64,000 nucleotides of DNA. Origin: an uncultured Actinomycetota bacterium (lineage in GTDB: Bacteria; Actinomycetota; Actinomycetes; Propionibacteriales; Nocardioidaceae). The stretch covers positions 4,202 through 68,201 of the forward strand of contig CAWHKE010000009.1 of NCBI GenBank assembly GCA_963829855.1, given 5' to 3'. Under the pieces are notes generated by a model, which made no database searches, was not told where the DNA came from, and was given only the letters and a program-made list of their open reading frames with translations. The position numbers and the translations under genes were made by a program. Below, piece by piece: positions 41,055 to 50,521 of the stretch. Every line of letters starts with the position of its first letter. Within the stretch, counting starts at the first letter, position 1.

Positions 41055-41800
41055 GCGAGCACCTCCGCGCGCGCGACCTCGACGTCGGCGGCCCGGTAGC
41101 GGCCCGTCGGTGGGCGTTGCTCGACGAGCGCCAGCAGGCGTGGCGCGACCGTGTCCGGCAGCGGGCGGTCGGAGATGTCCTCGCCCGGGAACGCGTCCTG
41201 GTGCATGCGGGTCCGCATGTCGCCGGGGTCCACGGCGTACGTCCGGAGCCCGGTCTCCGCGCCGAAGGTCTGCACCAGGTGGTCGAGCGCGGCCTTGGCG
41301 GCGCCGTAGGGACCCCAGGTCTCGTAGTGCTCGACCGCCGCGTCGGAGGAGATCCCCACCACCACCCCGCCGCGCGCCAGCAACGGCTCGACGAGCTCGA
41401 TCATCAGCGCGGCGTTCGCGCCCGCGGTGCCCCGGATCGTCTCGCCGAGCTCGGTGGCCGAGAGGTCGCGCAGCGGTCGCAGGGGTAGCGGACCCAGGGT
41501 GCTCGCGTTCAGGACGAGGAGGTCGAGACCACCAGCCGCCTCGACCTCACTCAGGAGAGCGGCGCGGTGGGTCGCGTCGGCGACGTCGCCGACGATCGCC
41601 CGGGCCCGCTCCCGGTACCGCAGCTCCCTCAGGTTCTCGTGCAGCCGCTCGGCGTTCCGCGCGTCGGTCACGACCGTCCAGCCTCGCTCGGTCAGGGCAC
41701 GGACGAGCTCGAGCCCGAGCCCCTCCGAGCCCCCTGTCACGAGGGCGACGGGCGTGCGGGAGGGGGTGTCTGGGTTGAGTTCGTTCGTCATGCCTGCCAT
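41051..41800 (-). CDS. SDR family oxidoreductase, predicted SoxR target
   Basis: VALVTGGSEGLGLEL and YGAAKAALDH are present. The alternative start at 41791 (MTNELNP...) fits a leaderless transcript from the SoxR-box promoter. Confidence 0.88.
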   Translation of the reverse strand: MAGMTNELNPDTPSRTPVALVTGGSEGLGLELVRALTERGWTVVTDARNAERLHENLRELRYRERARAIVGDVADATHRAALLSEVEAAGGLDLLVLNASTLGPLPLRPLRDLSATELGETIRGTAGANAALMIELVEPLLARGGVVVGISSDAAVEHYETWGPYGAAKAALDHLVQTFGAETGLRTYAVDPGDMRTRMHQDAFPGEDISDRPLPDTVAPRLLALVEQRPPTGRYRAADVEVARAEVLA

Positions 41801-41829
41801 TGTTCAAGTTCAAGTTAACTTGAGTTCAA
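41799..41829 (-). promoter_or_regulatory. SoxR-box promoter: TTGAAC, 19 nt, AACAAT, enclosing the palindrome TCAAGTTAACTTGA (41810-41823)
   Basis: The minus strand reads TTGAAC-tcaagttaacttgaacttg-AACAAT-ggcaggc-ATG. The 14-bp perfect palindrome matches the core of the E. coli soxS operator CCTCAAGTTAACTTGAGG. The 19-nt spacer is the MerR-family hallmark. It lies in the 38-bp gap between the SDR gene and soxR. Confidence 0.7.
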
Positions 41830-41838
41830 GGAGACGCC

Positions 41839-42312
41839 GTGGAGAAGCACGACCTGCTGTCGATGGGGGAGGTCGTCGAGCGCAGTGGCTTCGCGGCCTC
41901 GGCGCTCCGCTACTACGAGGCCGAGGGCCTGGTGCACGCCACCAGGTCACCGGGCGGGCGGAGGATGTTCGAGCGGAGCGCGTTGCGGAGGCTGGCGTTC
42001 ATCAGGGCGGCCGCGAACGTCGGGCTGACGCTGCACGAGATCCGCGATGAGCTCGACCGGCTCCCGGAGGGACGCACCCCTACCAAGGCCGACTGGAGCC
42101 GGATCAGCCGCCACTGGCGCGGCCGGCTGGACGAGCAGATCGCAGCGCTGGAGCAGCTGCGCGACGGGCTCGACTCGTGCATCGGCTGCGGCTGCCTGTC
42201 ACTGCAACGGTGCTGGATCTACAACCCGGACGACGTGCTGGCGGCCGACGACCGCGCCCCCGGGGCGGCCCGGCTGCCGCGGCTGCTGCGCCGTCCACAC
42301 CCCACCCGCTGA
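41839..42312 (+). CDS. soxR: Redox-sensitive MerR-family transcriptional activator SoxR
   Basis: The MerR HTH LSMGEVVERSGFAASALRYYEAEGL and the [2Fe-2S] motif CIGCGCLSLQRC are present. Confidence 0.92.
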   Translation: MEKHDLLSMGEVVERSGFAASALRYYEAEGLVHATRSPGGRRMFERSALRRLAFIRAAANVGLTLHEIRDELDRLPEGRTPTKADWSRISRHWRGRLDEQIAALEQLRDGLDSCIGCGCLSLQRCWIYNPDDVLAADDRAPGAARLPRLLRRPHPTR

Positions 42313-42315
42313 GCG

Positions 42316-42378
42316 CGAGTCGTGCCTGATTCGGACCGAGTCGTGGCCTGATTCGGACCGAGTCGTGGCGAATGCCGG
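42316..42378. repeat. Three tandem forward copies of the 21/22-bp repeat (CGAGTCGTG at 42316, 42337, 42359)
   Basis: cgagtcgtgcctgattcggac / cgagtcgtggcctgattcggac / cgagtcgtggcgaatgccgg. The array fills the 66-nt gap between the soxR stop (42312) and the gpmA stop (42379). Confidence 0.85.
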
Positions 42379-43122
42379 TCAGCGGCCCTGGTTGGCGACG
42401 GCGGCAGCGGCCGCGGCGGCCGCCTCGGGGTCGAGGTACTCGCCGCCGGCGACGGTCGGCGCGAACGCCGCGTCGAGGCGGTACACGAGCGGCATCCCGG
42501 TCGGGATGTTGAGGCCCGCGATGTCGGCATCACTGATGCCGTCGAGGTGCTTCACGATGCCGCGCAGGCTGTTGCCGTGGGCGGCCACGAGCACCGTCAG
42601 GCCGGCCTCGAGGTCGGGCACGACCGCCGACTCCCAGTAGGGAAGCATCCGCGCGATCACGTCCTTGAGGCACTCCGTGCGCGGCAGGTCGTCGCCGAGA
42701 TCGGCGTAGCGCGGGTCTCCGGCCTGCGACCACTCGTCGTCGTCGGGCAGCGGCGGGGGCGGGACGTCGAACGAGCGACGCCACGTCATGAACTGCTCCT
42801 CGCCGTACTCCGCGAGCGTCTGCTTCTTGTCCTTGCCCTGCAGCGCGCCGTAGTGACGCTCGTTGAGGCGCCACGAACGACGGACCGGGATCCAGTGCCG
42901 GTCGGCGGCGTCCAGGGACAGGTGGGCCGTGGTGATGGCGCGCCGCTGGAGCGAGGTGTGGACGACGTCGGGCAGCAGCCCGGCCGCGCGCAGCTGCTCG
43001 CCGCCGCTGACGGCCTCCGCCCGGCCCTTCTCGGTCAGGTCGACGTCGACCCAGCCGGTGAAGAGGTTCTTCGCGTTCCACTCGCTCTCGCCGTGCCGGA
43101 GCAGGATCAGCGTGTGCGTCAT
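42379..43122 (-). CDS. gpmA: 2,3-bisphosphoglycerate-dependent phosphoglycerate mutase
   Basis: [33 protein letters not shown] and [15 protein letters not shown] are present. The start is the internal ATG at 43122, overlapping the upstream stop (TGATG). Confidence 0.95.
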   Translation of the reverse strand: MTHTLILLRHGESEWNAKNLFTGWVDVDLTEKGRAEAVSGGEQLRAAGLLPDVVHTSLQRRAITTAHLSLDAADRHWIPVRRSWRLNERHYGALQGKDKKQTLAEYGEEQFMTWRRSFDVPPPPLPDDDEWSQAGDPRYADLGDDLPRTECLKDVIARMLPYWESAVVPDLEAGLTVLVAAHGNSLRGIVKHLDGISDADIAGLNIPTGMPLVYRLDAAFAPTVAGGEYLDPEAAAAAAAAVANQGR

Positions 43123-43646
43123 CAGTGCTCGCCCACGGGCTCGGCGACCTCGCACTCGCCACCCGTGCCGTCGAGGCCCTCGAACTCCTCGCAGTTGGCG
43201 ACCACGGGCACCGTCATCTCGACAACCTGTCCACCGGAGAGCTGGAACGTGATCGGCATCGAGGCGCCGGCCCCGAACTCACCCTCGACGGCGACGCCCT
43301 CCTCGCCCTCGGCCCCGAGGTAGACGAGGCCGCCCGGGGCGACCGTGATGGGCGAGAAGTCGGGGATCTGGGCCGTCTCGACCCCGGGCGTCATGGCCTC
43401 GACCGTGGCGTCCTCGGCGACGTCGTTGTTGACGAACGTCGCGATGAACGTGCCCGATCCCTCCTCGGCCGACACGATCGCCGCGCCGAGCACGTCGACC
43501 GAGGCGTCGCGGTTGTTGGCGCCGGCGGCCGGGGTGTACTCCCGCTCGGTGGCCTTGTCGAAACCGCACGAGGACAGCGGCACCGCCAGCAGCAGCGCAC
43601 CTGCCGCCAGCGCCCAGGAGCGTCGGGTCTTCTGCATGGCTCGCAT
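43122..43646 (-). CDS. Lipoprotein of unknown function
   Basis: It has a signal peptide with the lipobox [11 protein letters not shown] and an acidic C-terminus with [14 protein letters not shown]. Confidence 0.7.
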   Translation of the reverse strand: MRAMQKTRRSWALAAGALLLAVPLSSCGFDKATEREYTPAAGANNRDASVDVLGAAIVSAEEGSGTFIATFVNNDVAEDATVEAMTPGVETAQIPDFSPITVAPGGLVYLGAEGEEGVAVEGEFGAGASMPITFQLSGGQVVEMTVPVVANCEEFEGLDGTGGECEVAEPVGEH

Positions 43647-43667
43647 GCTAGCGGTCCGGGTCGGCGC

Positions 43668-44462
43668 TCACTGGCGGAGGCCGACCTGCGATCCCGCGGC
43701 CAGGAGGCCGGCCAGGACCAAGGTCGTCACCGCGATCGTGGACCAGAGCGCCTTGGCGGCACCGATCCGCAGGCCGAGCCGCATCGGGAGGTGGCGGACG
43801 CCGTGCTCGTGGTCGCGGACCAGGCCAGGGAGCGACACCAGGACGTGGACACAGACCCCGAGGAGTGCCGCCAGGACGGTGACGCTGATCTCCGGCGGGG
43901 TGGTGCGGCCGTCGCCGGCCCATCCGCCGTACGCCAGGAACGCCGGGTACAGCGCGTACGCCGCAGCCCAGGGAAGCCACGAGAGCCACCCGCGCCTCAA
44001 GACCAGGTTGCCGACGAGGCCGATCGCCACCGACGCGAGGTAGGCCACCCCGCTCCACACCCCGTGCGAGACCGCGAGCGGCACGAGCAGCAGCCCGGCG
44101 CACGCGATGGCGAAACCGACGTCGCCGGCGGCCAGCCAGCCCTGCGCGACGGGCTTGTCCTGCCGCTCGTCCTCCGCGTCGCGGTGCCGGTCGACGAGGT
44201 CGTTGTGCCAGCCCAGGATCGCCTGCCCCACGAGCACCGTGACCAGCACGACCCCGACCTCGCGAGTGGTCCGCCCGCTGAGGGCGGCCGCGCCGGCGAG
44301 GGCCACCGCGCTGACCAGGCCGAGCCGGGGGTGCGAGGCCTGCAGGAGCAGGACCGGAGTCCATCTGCGCCACCCGGAGAGGCCGCGGGCACGCCGGCCC
44401 ACGGAACCGTCGACGGCGCGGCTGTCCGAGCGGCTGCGGGCCATGCCCGCAGTATCGACCAC
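43668..44462 (-). CDS. UbiA-family prenyltransferase-like membrane protein
   Basis: It is polytopic with an Asp-rich motif [16 protein letters not shown] (NDxxDxxxD type). Confidence 0.7.
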   Translation of the reverse strand: MVDTAGMARSRSDSRAVDGSVGRRARGLSGWRRWTPVLLLQASHPRLGLVSAVALAGAAALSGRTTREVGVVLVTVLVGQAILGWHNDLVDRHRDAEDERQDKPVAQGWLAAGDVGFAIACAGLLLVPLAVSHGVWSGVAYLASVAIGLVGNLVLRRGWLSWLPWAAAYALYPAFLAYGGWAGDGRTTPPEISVTVLAALLGVCVHVLVSLPGLVRDHEHGVRHLPMRLGLRIGAAKALWSTIAVTTLVLAGLLAAGSQVGLRQ

Positions 44463-44643
44463 CCGCGCGCGAGGGTCACGGAGGTCGGCGAAGCCGAGAC
44501 CCGATCGAGGCGTCCGGAGAGCGGCGCCACCACACGAAGTGGCGATCTGTCAAGCCCTCAATGCCGCCCTGACCTGCACAAACGCGTCGGGAGCACAACC
44601 GGGGCCGTGTTACGATAGTCACCTGGAAAGGGGTACTTCACAT

Positions 44644-45129
44644 ATGAGTTTCACCGTCGGCGAAACGGTTGTCTATCCGAATCACGGAGCCGCAGTCATC
44701 GAGGACATCGAGATGCGGAAGATCAAGGGGGAGGACCGGCAGTACCTCGTTCTGAGGATCGTCGCGCAGCAGGACCTGGTCGTCCGGGTCCCCGCGTGCA
44801 ACCTCGATCTCGTGGGTGTCCGGGACGTCGTCGACAAGGAGGGCCTCGACCGCGTGTTCGACGTCCTCCGTGCCGCGCACGTCGAGGAGCCGACCAACTG
44901 GTCGCGCCGCTACAAGGCCAACCTCGAGAAGCTCCACAGCGGCGACGTCATGAAGGTCTCGGAGGTCGTCCGCGACCTGTGGCGCCGCGAGCGCGATCGT
45001 GGCCTGTCGGCCGGCGAGAAGCGGATGCTCGCCAAGGCCCGGCAGATCCTGGTCTCCGAGCTGGCGCTGGCCGAGCACACCAACGAGGACAAGGCCGAGG
45101 CCATCCTCGACGAGGTGCTGGCTTCCTGA
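44644..45129 (+). CDS. carD: CarD/CdnL family RNA polymerase-binding transcription factor
   Basis: [38 protein letters not shown]...[17 protein letters not shown] is present. GAAAGGGG lies upstream of the ATG. Confidence 0.95.
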   Translation: MSFTVGETVVYPNHGAAVIEDIEMRKIKGEDRQYLVLRIVAQQDLVVRVPACNLDLVGVRDVVDKEGLDRVFDVLRAAHVEEPTNWSRRYKANLEKLHSGDVMKVSEVVRDLWRRERDRGLSAGEKRMLAKARQILVSELALAEHTNEDKAEAILDEVLAS

Positions 45130-45160
45130 GCCTGGCTCACGCACCGCACTGAACCATCCA

Positions 45161-45194
45161 CGACGTGCCCCGGTCCTCGGACCGGGGCACGTCG
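45161..45194 (+). terminator. Hairpin after carD (15-bp perfect stem, 4-nt loop)
   Basis: CGACGTGCCCCGGTC-ctcg-GACCGGGGCACGTCG begins 32 nt after the carD stop. Confidence 0.7.
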
Positions 45195-45215
45195 CGTTCG
45201 GCCGGCTCCCCGCCG

Positions 45216-45293
45216 CGAGTCGTGCCCGATGCGAGACGAGTCGTGCCTGATTCCGGAACGAGCCACGACTCGACCGGATTCAGGCACGACTCG
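45216..45293. repeat. Same repeat family: 2 forward units (45216, 45237) facing 2 inverted units (CACGACTCG at 45264, 45285)
   Basis: cgagtcgtgcctgattccgg (45237-45256) and ccggattcaggcacgactcg (45274-45293) are reverse complements except for one base. The period is 21 nt on each arm. Confidence 0.85.
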
Positions 45294-45366
45294 CGCCCAC
45301 GGGCCGTCACATCCCCGAAACACCGTGCGGCGTCGCGCGAAACGTGGCGCGCCTAGCGTCCGCTGG

Positions 45367-45726
45367 GTGACCTCGGACGCCGCCCAGGACCAGACAGGGT
45401 TCCTGCCGGTGTGCCGGGTCGAGGAGCTCGAGGTCGAACGGGGGGCGGCCGCGTTGGTCCACGGCCAGGCAGTCGCATTGTTCAGAACCGCCGACGACCA
45501 GGTGCACGCCGTGAGCAACCACGACCCGTTCGAGCACACGAGCGGGCTCGCCAGGGGGATCGTCGGACGCCGCGGGGACGTGCAGTTCGTCGCGTCCCCG
45601 CGGCACGGTCACGCCTTCGACCTCGCCACCGGCCGCTGCCTCGACGACGCGGCCGTCGCCGTCTCCGTGTACGACGTGCGGGTGACCGACGGCGTGGTCG
45701 AGGTCGGCCATCGGCGGCACGCGTGA
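45367..45726 (+). CDS. nirD: Nitrite reductase small subunit NirD-like (Rieske-fold without cluster ligands), stand-alone
   Basis: PVCRVEELEVERGAAALVHGQAVALFRTADDQVHAVSNHDPF...GIVGRRGDVQFVASP...FDLATGRCLDD...VYDVRVTDGVVEV is present. No nirB lies in the window. The GTG start is provisional. Confidence 0.75.
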   Translation: MTSDAAQDQTGFLPVCRVEELEVERGAAALVHGQAVALFRTADDQVHAVSNHDPFEHTSGLARGIVGRRGDVQFVASPRHGHAFDLATGRCLDDAAVAVSVYDVRVTDGVVEVGHRRHA

Positions 45727-45739
45727 GCCCGCTCGCGGA

Positions 45740-46228
45740 TCAGCCGTGCAGCAGGGCGGTCGCGATCGCCGCGATGCCCTCGCCGCGGCCGGTGAGCCCG
45801 AGCCCGTCGGTGGTCGTGGCCGACACCGAGACCGGCGCACCGACCGCCTGACCGAGCGCTGCCTCGGCCTCGGCGCGGCGAGGCCCGAGCCGGGGCCGGT
45901 CGCCGATGACCTGCACCGCGACGTTCCCGATCTCGTAGCCGGCCTCGCGGACCCGGCGCGCGGTCTCGGTCAGCAGGGCGACCCCCGACGCCCCGGCCCA
46001 GCGCGGCTCCGAGGTGCCGAAGTTGCTGCCCAGGTCGCCGAGCCCCGCCGCCGAGAGCAGCGCGTCGCAGGCGGCGTGCGCGGCGACGTCGGCGTCCGAG
46101 TGACCCTCGAGCCCCTGCGGCTCCTCCGGCCAGCTGAGGCCGGCGAGGTGCAGCGGTGCGCCGTCGACGAGCCGGTGGACGTCGGTGCCGATCCCGATGC
46201 GGACGGGAGGGTGAGGGTCGTGCTGCAC
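45740..46228 (-). CDS. ispF: 2-C-methyl-D-erythritol 2,4-cyclodiphosphate synthase
   Basis: [11 protein letters not shown]...[26 protein letters not shown]...[21 protein letters not shown] is present. The start is set at the GTG at 46228; the track start (46267) would overlap the divergent gene. Confidence 0.9.
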   Translation of the reverse strand: MQHDPHPPVRIGIGTDVHRLVDGAPLHLAGLSWPEEPQGLEGHSDADVAAHAACDALLSAAGLGDLGSNFGTSEPRWAGASGVALLTETARRVREAGYEIGNVAVQVIGDRPRLGPRRAEAEAALGQAVGAPVSVSATTTDGLGLTGRGEGIAAIATALLHG

Positions 46229-46259
46229 GTGCTGATCATGCCTGAGGGACAATGACGCC

Positions 46260-47789
46260 ATGAGCACGCACCGCTACGCGTGGCCGCTGGCGGGTCTGGT
46301 CGCTGGCGCCGCCGGGCTGGCCACGAGCTACGCCACGGCGAACGTGATGTCGGTGCGCAGCGCGCCGGTCGTCGCTGTCGCGGAGCTCGTGATCCGACTG
46401 ACGCCGGGCGAGGTCGTGGAGCGGGCCATCGGGCTGCTCGGTTTCAACGACAAGCCGGCTCTCGTCGCGGGGATCCTGGTGCTGCTCGGGCTGCTCTTCG
46501 CCTGGGCCGGCTGGCTGGCCGCCCGCCGGTGGTGGGCGCCGGTCGCGGTGTTCGGGGCGCTCGCGGCGGTGGGCGTGGTCGCGGTCGCCGCCCAGGACCC
46601 CCCGTCGACGACGTCGTACCTCCCCGTGGTGATCGGCTTCGTCACCTGGCTGCTGGTGCTGAGCGTGCTGACCAGTCGGCTCGATCGGCCGTCGCCGGGC
46701 GTTGCGGAGCCGGCCCAGGGGGGCTCGCGGCGCGGCTTCCTCATCGGCGTCGCGGGCGTCGCCGTGGTGTCGATCGGACTCGGCGCGCTGGGCCGGGCGT
46801 GGGGCGGCAGCCGGCGTCGGGTCGAGGAGAGCCGCAGGCTGCTGCGGCTGACCGGCGTCACGGAGCCGAAGGTCCCGCCCGCGACGAAGCTCGGGCTCGA
46901 CGGTGTGTCCTCGTGGCTGACCCCGGCCGCCGACTTCTACCTGATCCACACCGCGATCGCCCTGCCCACGATCGAGCCGGAGGAGTGGCGGCTGCGGATC
47001 CACGGCCTCGTCGACCGTGAGGTGACGCTGTCGTTCCAGGACCTCCTCGACCGGGAGCGGACCGAGGCGTGGGTGACGCTCAACTGCGTGTCCAACCCGG
47101 TCGGCGGCGAGCTGATCGGCAACGCCTGGTGGAGCGGGGTGCGGCTGGCGAGCGTGCTGGAGGAGCTCGGCGTCAGCAGCGAGGCCGACTGCGTGCTCCA
47201 GACGTCCGACGACGGCTGGACGTGCGGTACGCCGCTCGCCGCCCTCACCGACGACCGGGACGCCATGCTGGCGATCGCCATGAACGGCCGGCCGTTGCCG
47301 GTCGAGCACGGGTTCCCCGTCCGCACCGTCGTCCCGGGCCTCTTCGGGTTCGTCTCGGCGTGCAAGTGGGTGGTGGACATCGAGGTGACCCGGTTCGACC
47401 GGATCGAGGCCTACTGGACGAGCAAGGGCTGGTCCGAGCAGGCGCCGGTCCGGCTGGCCTCGCGGATCGACGTGCCGCGGTCCGGGGCGGAGGTCACGGC
47501 CGGCGAGGTCCGGGTCGGCGGCGTGGCCTGGCAGCAGCACGTCGGGATCCGCGCCGTCGAGATCAGCCTCGACGGCGGCGACTTCGAGCCGGTGCTGCTC
47601 GGCGAGGTGCCGACCGCCGACACCTGGGTGCAGTGGGCGGGCACGATCACCGTCTCGCCGGGCGACCACGTCCTGCGGGTGCGGGCGACCAGCGCCGACG
47701 GCGAGGTGCAGACGTCGTTCGAACGTGGCGTGGTGCCCGACGGCGCCACCGGCTGGCACGAGGTCGAGTTCAGCGCGACGGAGGACTGA
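46260..47789 (+). CDS. Molybdopterin-dependent (sulfite-oxidase family) oxidoreductase with an N-terminal membrane domain
   Basis: The N-terminus has 5-6 TM segments, followed by [26 protein letters not shown]...[26 protein letters not shown]...[23 protein letters not shown]. Confidence 0.88.
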   Translation: MSTHRYAWPLAGLVAGAAGLATSYATANVMSVRSAPVVAVAELVIRLTPGEVVERAIGLLGFNDKPALVAGILVLLGLLFAWAGWLAARRWWAPVAVFGALAAVGVVAVAAQDPPSTTSYLPVVIGFVTWLLVLSVLTSRLDRPSPGVAEPAQGGSRRGFLIGVAGVAVVSIGLGALGRAWGGSRRRVEESRRLLRLTGVTEPKVPPATKLGLDGVSSWLTPAADFYLIHTAIALPTIEPEEWRLRIHGLVDREVTLSFQDLLDRERTEAWVTLNCVSNPVGGELIGNAWWSGVRLASVLEELGVSSEADCVLQTSDDGWTCGTPLAALTDDRDAMLAIAMNGRPLPVEHGFPVRTVVPGLFGFVSACKWVVDIEVTRFDRIEAYWTSKGWSEQAPVRLASRIDVPRSGAEVTAGEVRVGGVAWQQHVGIRAVEISLDGGDFEPVLLGEVPTADTWVQWAGTITVSPGDHVLRVRATSADGEVQTSFERGVVPDGATGWHEVEFSATED

Positions 47790-47798
47790 CCGCGCGCC

Positions 47799-49025
47799 TC
47801 ACGCGGCGTCGCGGGTGAGGACGTACACGACGCCCCCGGACGTCGGCAGCCAGGCGTCCTCGAACTGCCCGCGGTCGTAGGTCCGCCGTACGCCGCTGCG
47901 CCGCTGCGCGGCCGGATCGTTCACCACGACGTCGCCGGACCGCGTGAATCCCACGATGACCAGCAGGTGGCCGTTGGTCGAGGAGATGGGCGCGCCGTCG
48001 AGCTCGCCCGCGCCGAACGAGATGGAGGCCACCAGCGGGGTCCCACCGGCGACGTACCGCTCCGCCTGCCGGAGGCTGCGCAGCCGCGTCACGTACGCCC
48101 TGGCGCCCGGGCCGAGCCGGGTCCCGGCGTACGCCGTGTTGAAGGGCCAGTTCCCGGTGCCGTCGTAGTCCGCGTCGAACGTCATCCGGGCCGCGTGGTC
48201 GACCCAGGGCTGCGGGTGACCGTCCGGCACCCAGGCGTACGCCGAGCGCGGGGGCAGGGCGTCGTAGTAGCCGAGCACCATCGACAGGGACGTCGGCGAG
48301 CACCACGCCTGGCCGCCGCCACCCCAGGCCGGGTAGTGCCCCGAGTGGACCATCTGCGAGTACCGGGGGACGTCGAGGACGACGTGGTCCGGGCCGCTCG
48401 CCACGCCGGGGTCCGAGGTCGCCACCCCGTCGACGTCGGGGAGCCGCGAGGCCACGGCGCCGAGCGCGCGCACCGTGGGACGGGCCGTGCCGGCACGCAT
48501 CAGGTTGACCCGCAGCTGCCAGGCGCGGACGCCGCCCGGCACCTGCCAGGTGTCGACGTTGACGTCGGCGAGGTCGTCACCCTGCCCGCCGACGGAGGTA
48601 CGCCGGACGTGCCGGTCGCCCGCGGCCCACCGACCCAGCGTGTCCCAGCTCGACCGCGTGCCCTGGGCGGTCCGGCCGCGCACCTGGACCTCGACCCAGC
48701 TGTCGCCGGGCGTGGTCGCCTGCCACGAGGCGATCAGCTCGGTGAGGGCGAACCCGGGTCGGCGCCACGGCGAGACCCAGCGGCCGACGTCGTACCTCGT
48801 GCCGCCGTAGGTCCGGGTCGCGACCGGCTCGCCGATCCGGAGCCGGGCCCTGCGCAGGAGCGTCCCGTCGAACGTCCCGGCGGCCAGGTCCGCGCCCCGC
48901 CACTCGGCGTACTGGATCCGGCGCTCGGCCTCCGGCGCGGCGGCGGCGGACGTCGCGGCCGGCCCGGGCACGGCCAGGGCGAGGGCCAGCAGGGGGAGGA
49001 GCGGACGCGCGAGACGGGGAAGCAC
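47799..49025 (-). CDS. Secreted peptidase C39-like (papain-fold) domain protein
   Basis: The signal peptide is MLPRLARPLLPLLALALAVPGPAATSAAAA. The C-terminal domain is LDVPRYSQMVHSGHYPAWGGGGQAWCSPTSLSMVLGYY...NGHLLVIVG. Confidence 0.75.
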   Translation of the reverse strand: MLPRLARPLLPLLALALAVPGPAATSAAAAPEAERRIQYAEWRGADLAAGTFDGTLLRRARLRIGEPVATRTYGGTRYDVGRWVSPWRRPGFALTELIASWQATTPGDSWVEVQVRGRTAQGTRSSWDTLGRWAAGDRHVRRTSVGGQGDDLADVNVDTWQVPGGVRAWQLRVNLMRAGTARPTVRALGAVASRLPDVDGVATSDPGVASGPDHVVLDVPRYSQMVHSGHYPAWGGGGQAWCSPTSLSMVLGYYDALPPRSAYAWVPDGHPQPWVDHAARMTFDADYDGTGNWPFNTAYAGTRLGPGARAYVTRLRSLRQAERYVAGGTPLVASISFGAGELDGAPISSTNGHLLVIVGFTRSGDVVVNDPAAQRRSGVRRTYDRGQFEDAWLPTSGGVVYVLTRDAA

Positions 49026-49105
49026 CCGACGAGGGTACGCCGATCGTTCACTCCTGTCCCACGAGTCACAGAGTCCGGGGATCGGGCGAATCCGGGCCCC
49101 GCCCG

Positions 49106-49111
49106 TAGAAT
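49106..49111 (+). promoter_or_regulatory. Candidate -10 hexamer TAGAAT, 6 nt upstream of the cysS GTG (possible leaderless mRNA)
   Basis: The sequence is ccgTAGAATcgcccgGTG, with no SD between hexamer and start. TANNNT followed by about 6-7 nt is the actinobacterial leaderless pattern. Confidence 0.35.
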
Positions 49112-49117
49112 CGCCCG

Positions 49118-50518
49118 GTGACCCTGCGCCTCTACGACACCGCGACCCGCGACGTCCGCGACTTCGTCCCGCTCGTGGCGGGCCGGGCGGGCATCTACGT
49201 CTGCGGTCTGACGGTGCAGTCGGAGCCGCACGTGGGCCACGTCAGGTCGGCGGTCAACTTCGACGTGCTGCGCCGGTGGCTGGAGCACGCCGACTACCAG
49301 GTCGACTTCATCCGCAACGTCACCGACATCGACGACAAGATCCTCGCCAAGGCCTCCGACCAGGGCCTGCACTGGTACGAGCTCGCCCAGCGGATGCATC
49401 ACGAGCTCGACGACGTGCTCGCGGCGATCAACGTGCGGCGCCCGACCTACGAGCCCGGGGCGACCGGCCACGTCCCGGAGATCCTCGAGCTGATCGGCCG
49501 GCTGGTCGCCCAGGGCCACGCGTACGCCGCGGAGGACGGCTCGGGAGATGTCTACTTCGACGTCCGCTCCTGGCCGCAGTACGGCGAGCTGACCCGGCAG
49601 CGGATCGACGACATGGAGCCGGCGGGCGACGCGGACCCGAGGGGCAAGCGCGACCCGCGCGACTTCGCGCTGTGGAAGGGCCACAAGCAGGAGACCGAGC
49701 CGGAGACGGCGGCCTGGCCGTCGCCCTACGGACCGGGCCGGCCCGGCTGGCACATCGAGTGCTCGGCGATGGCGCGCAAGTACCTCGGCCCCGCCTTCGA
49801 CATCCACGGCGGCGGCGTCGACCTGCGCTTCCCCCACCACGAGAACGAGCAGGCCCAGTCGCGGGCGGCCGGTGACCCGTTCGCGTCGTACTGGCTCCAC
49901 AACGCCTGGATCACCACCGCGGGTGAGAAGATGAGCAAGTCGCTCGGCAACTCGCTGCTGGTGCCGAACGTGCTGCAGCGGGTCCGCGGGGTCGAGCTGC
50001 GCTTCTACATGGTCAGCGCCCACTACCGGTCGACCGTCGAGTTCTCCTTCGAGGCGCTCGAGGAGGCGGCGGTCTCGTTCCGGCGGATCGAGTCGTTCCT
50101 GGAGCGCTCGAAGCCGCACGTGGGCGACGGTTGGTTCGCCACCAGGCTCCCCCAGGCGTTCACGGACGCGATGGACGACGACCTCGGGACGCCGGCAGCG
50201 ATCGCCGTGCTCCACGAGACGGTGCGCGACGGCAACCGGCTGCTCACCGAGGGCCCCTCCGACGGGCTCTCGGCGCGGCGCACGGAGGTCCTCCTCATGC
50301 TCGACGTCCTCGGGCTCGACCCGCAGGACTACGCCACCACCGGGGGCGACGATCGGCTGACCGGCGTGGTCGACGCCCTGGTGCAGGGTCTGCTCGAGGA
50401 GCGCGCCCAGGCCCGCGCCGACAAGGACTGGGCGCGCGCCGACGCGATCCGCGACCGGCTCAAGGCCGCCGGCGTCGAGATCGAGGACACCCCCGACGGC
50501 CCCCAGTGGAGCGTGTGA
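49118..50518 (+). CDS. cysS: Cysteine--tRNA ligase
   Basis: The HIGH-type motif [19 protein letters not shown] and KMSKSLGN are present. Confidence 0.96.
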   Translation: MTLRLYDTATRDVRDFVPLVAGRAGIYVCGLTVQSEPHVGHVRSAVNFDVLRRWLEHADYQVDFIRNVTDIDDKILAKASDQGLHWYELAQRMHHELDDVLAAINVRRPTYEPGATGHVPEILELIGRLVAQGHAYAAEDGSGDVYFDVRSWPQYGELTRQRIDDMEPAGDADPRGKRDPRDFALWKGHKQETEPETAAWPSPYGPGRPGWHIECSAMARKYLGPAFDIHGGGVDLRFPHHENEQAQSRAAGDPFASYWLHNAWITTAGEKMSKSLGNSLLVPNVLQRVRGVELRFYMVSAHYRSTVEFSFEALEEAAVSFRRIESFLERSKPHVGDGWFATRLPQAFTDAMDDDLGTPAAIAVLHETVRDGNRLLTEGPSDGLSARRTEVLLMLDVLGLDPQDYATTGGDDRLTGVVDALVQGLLEERAQARADKDWARADAIRDRLKAAGVEIEDTPDGPQWSV

Positions 50519-50521
50519 GAG

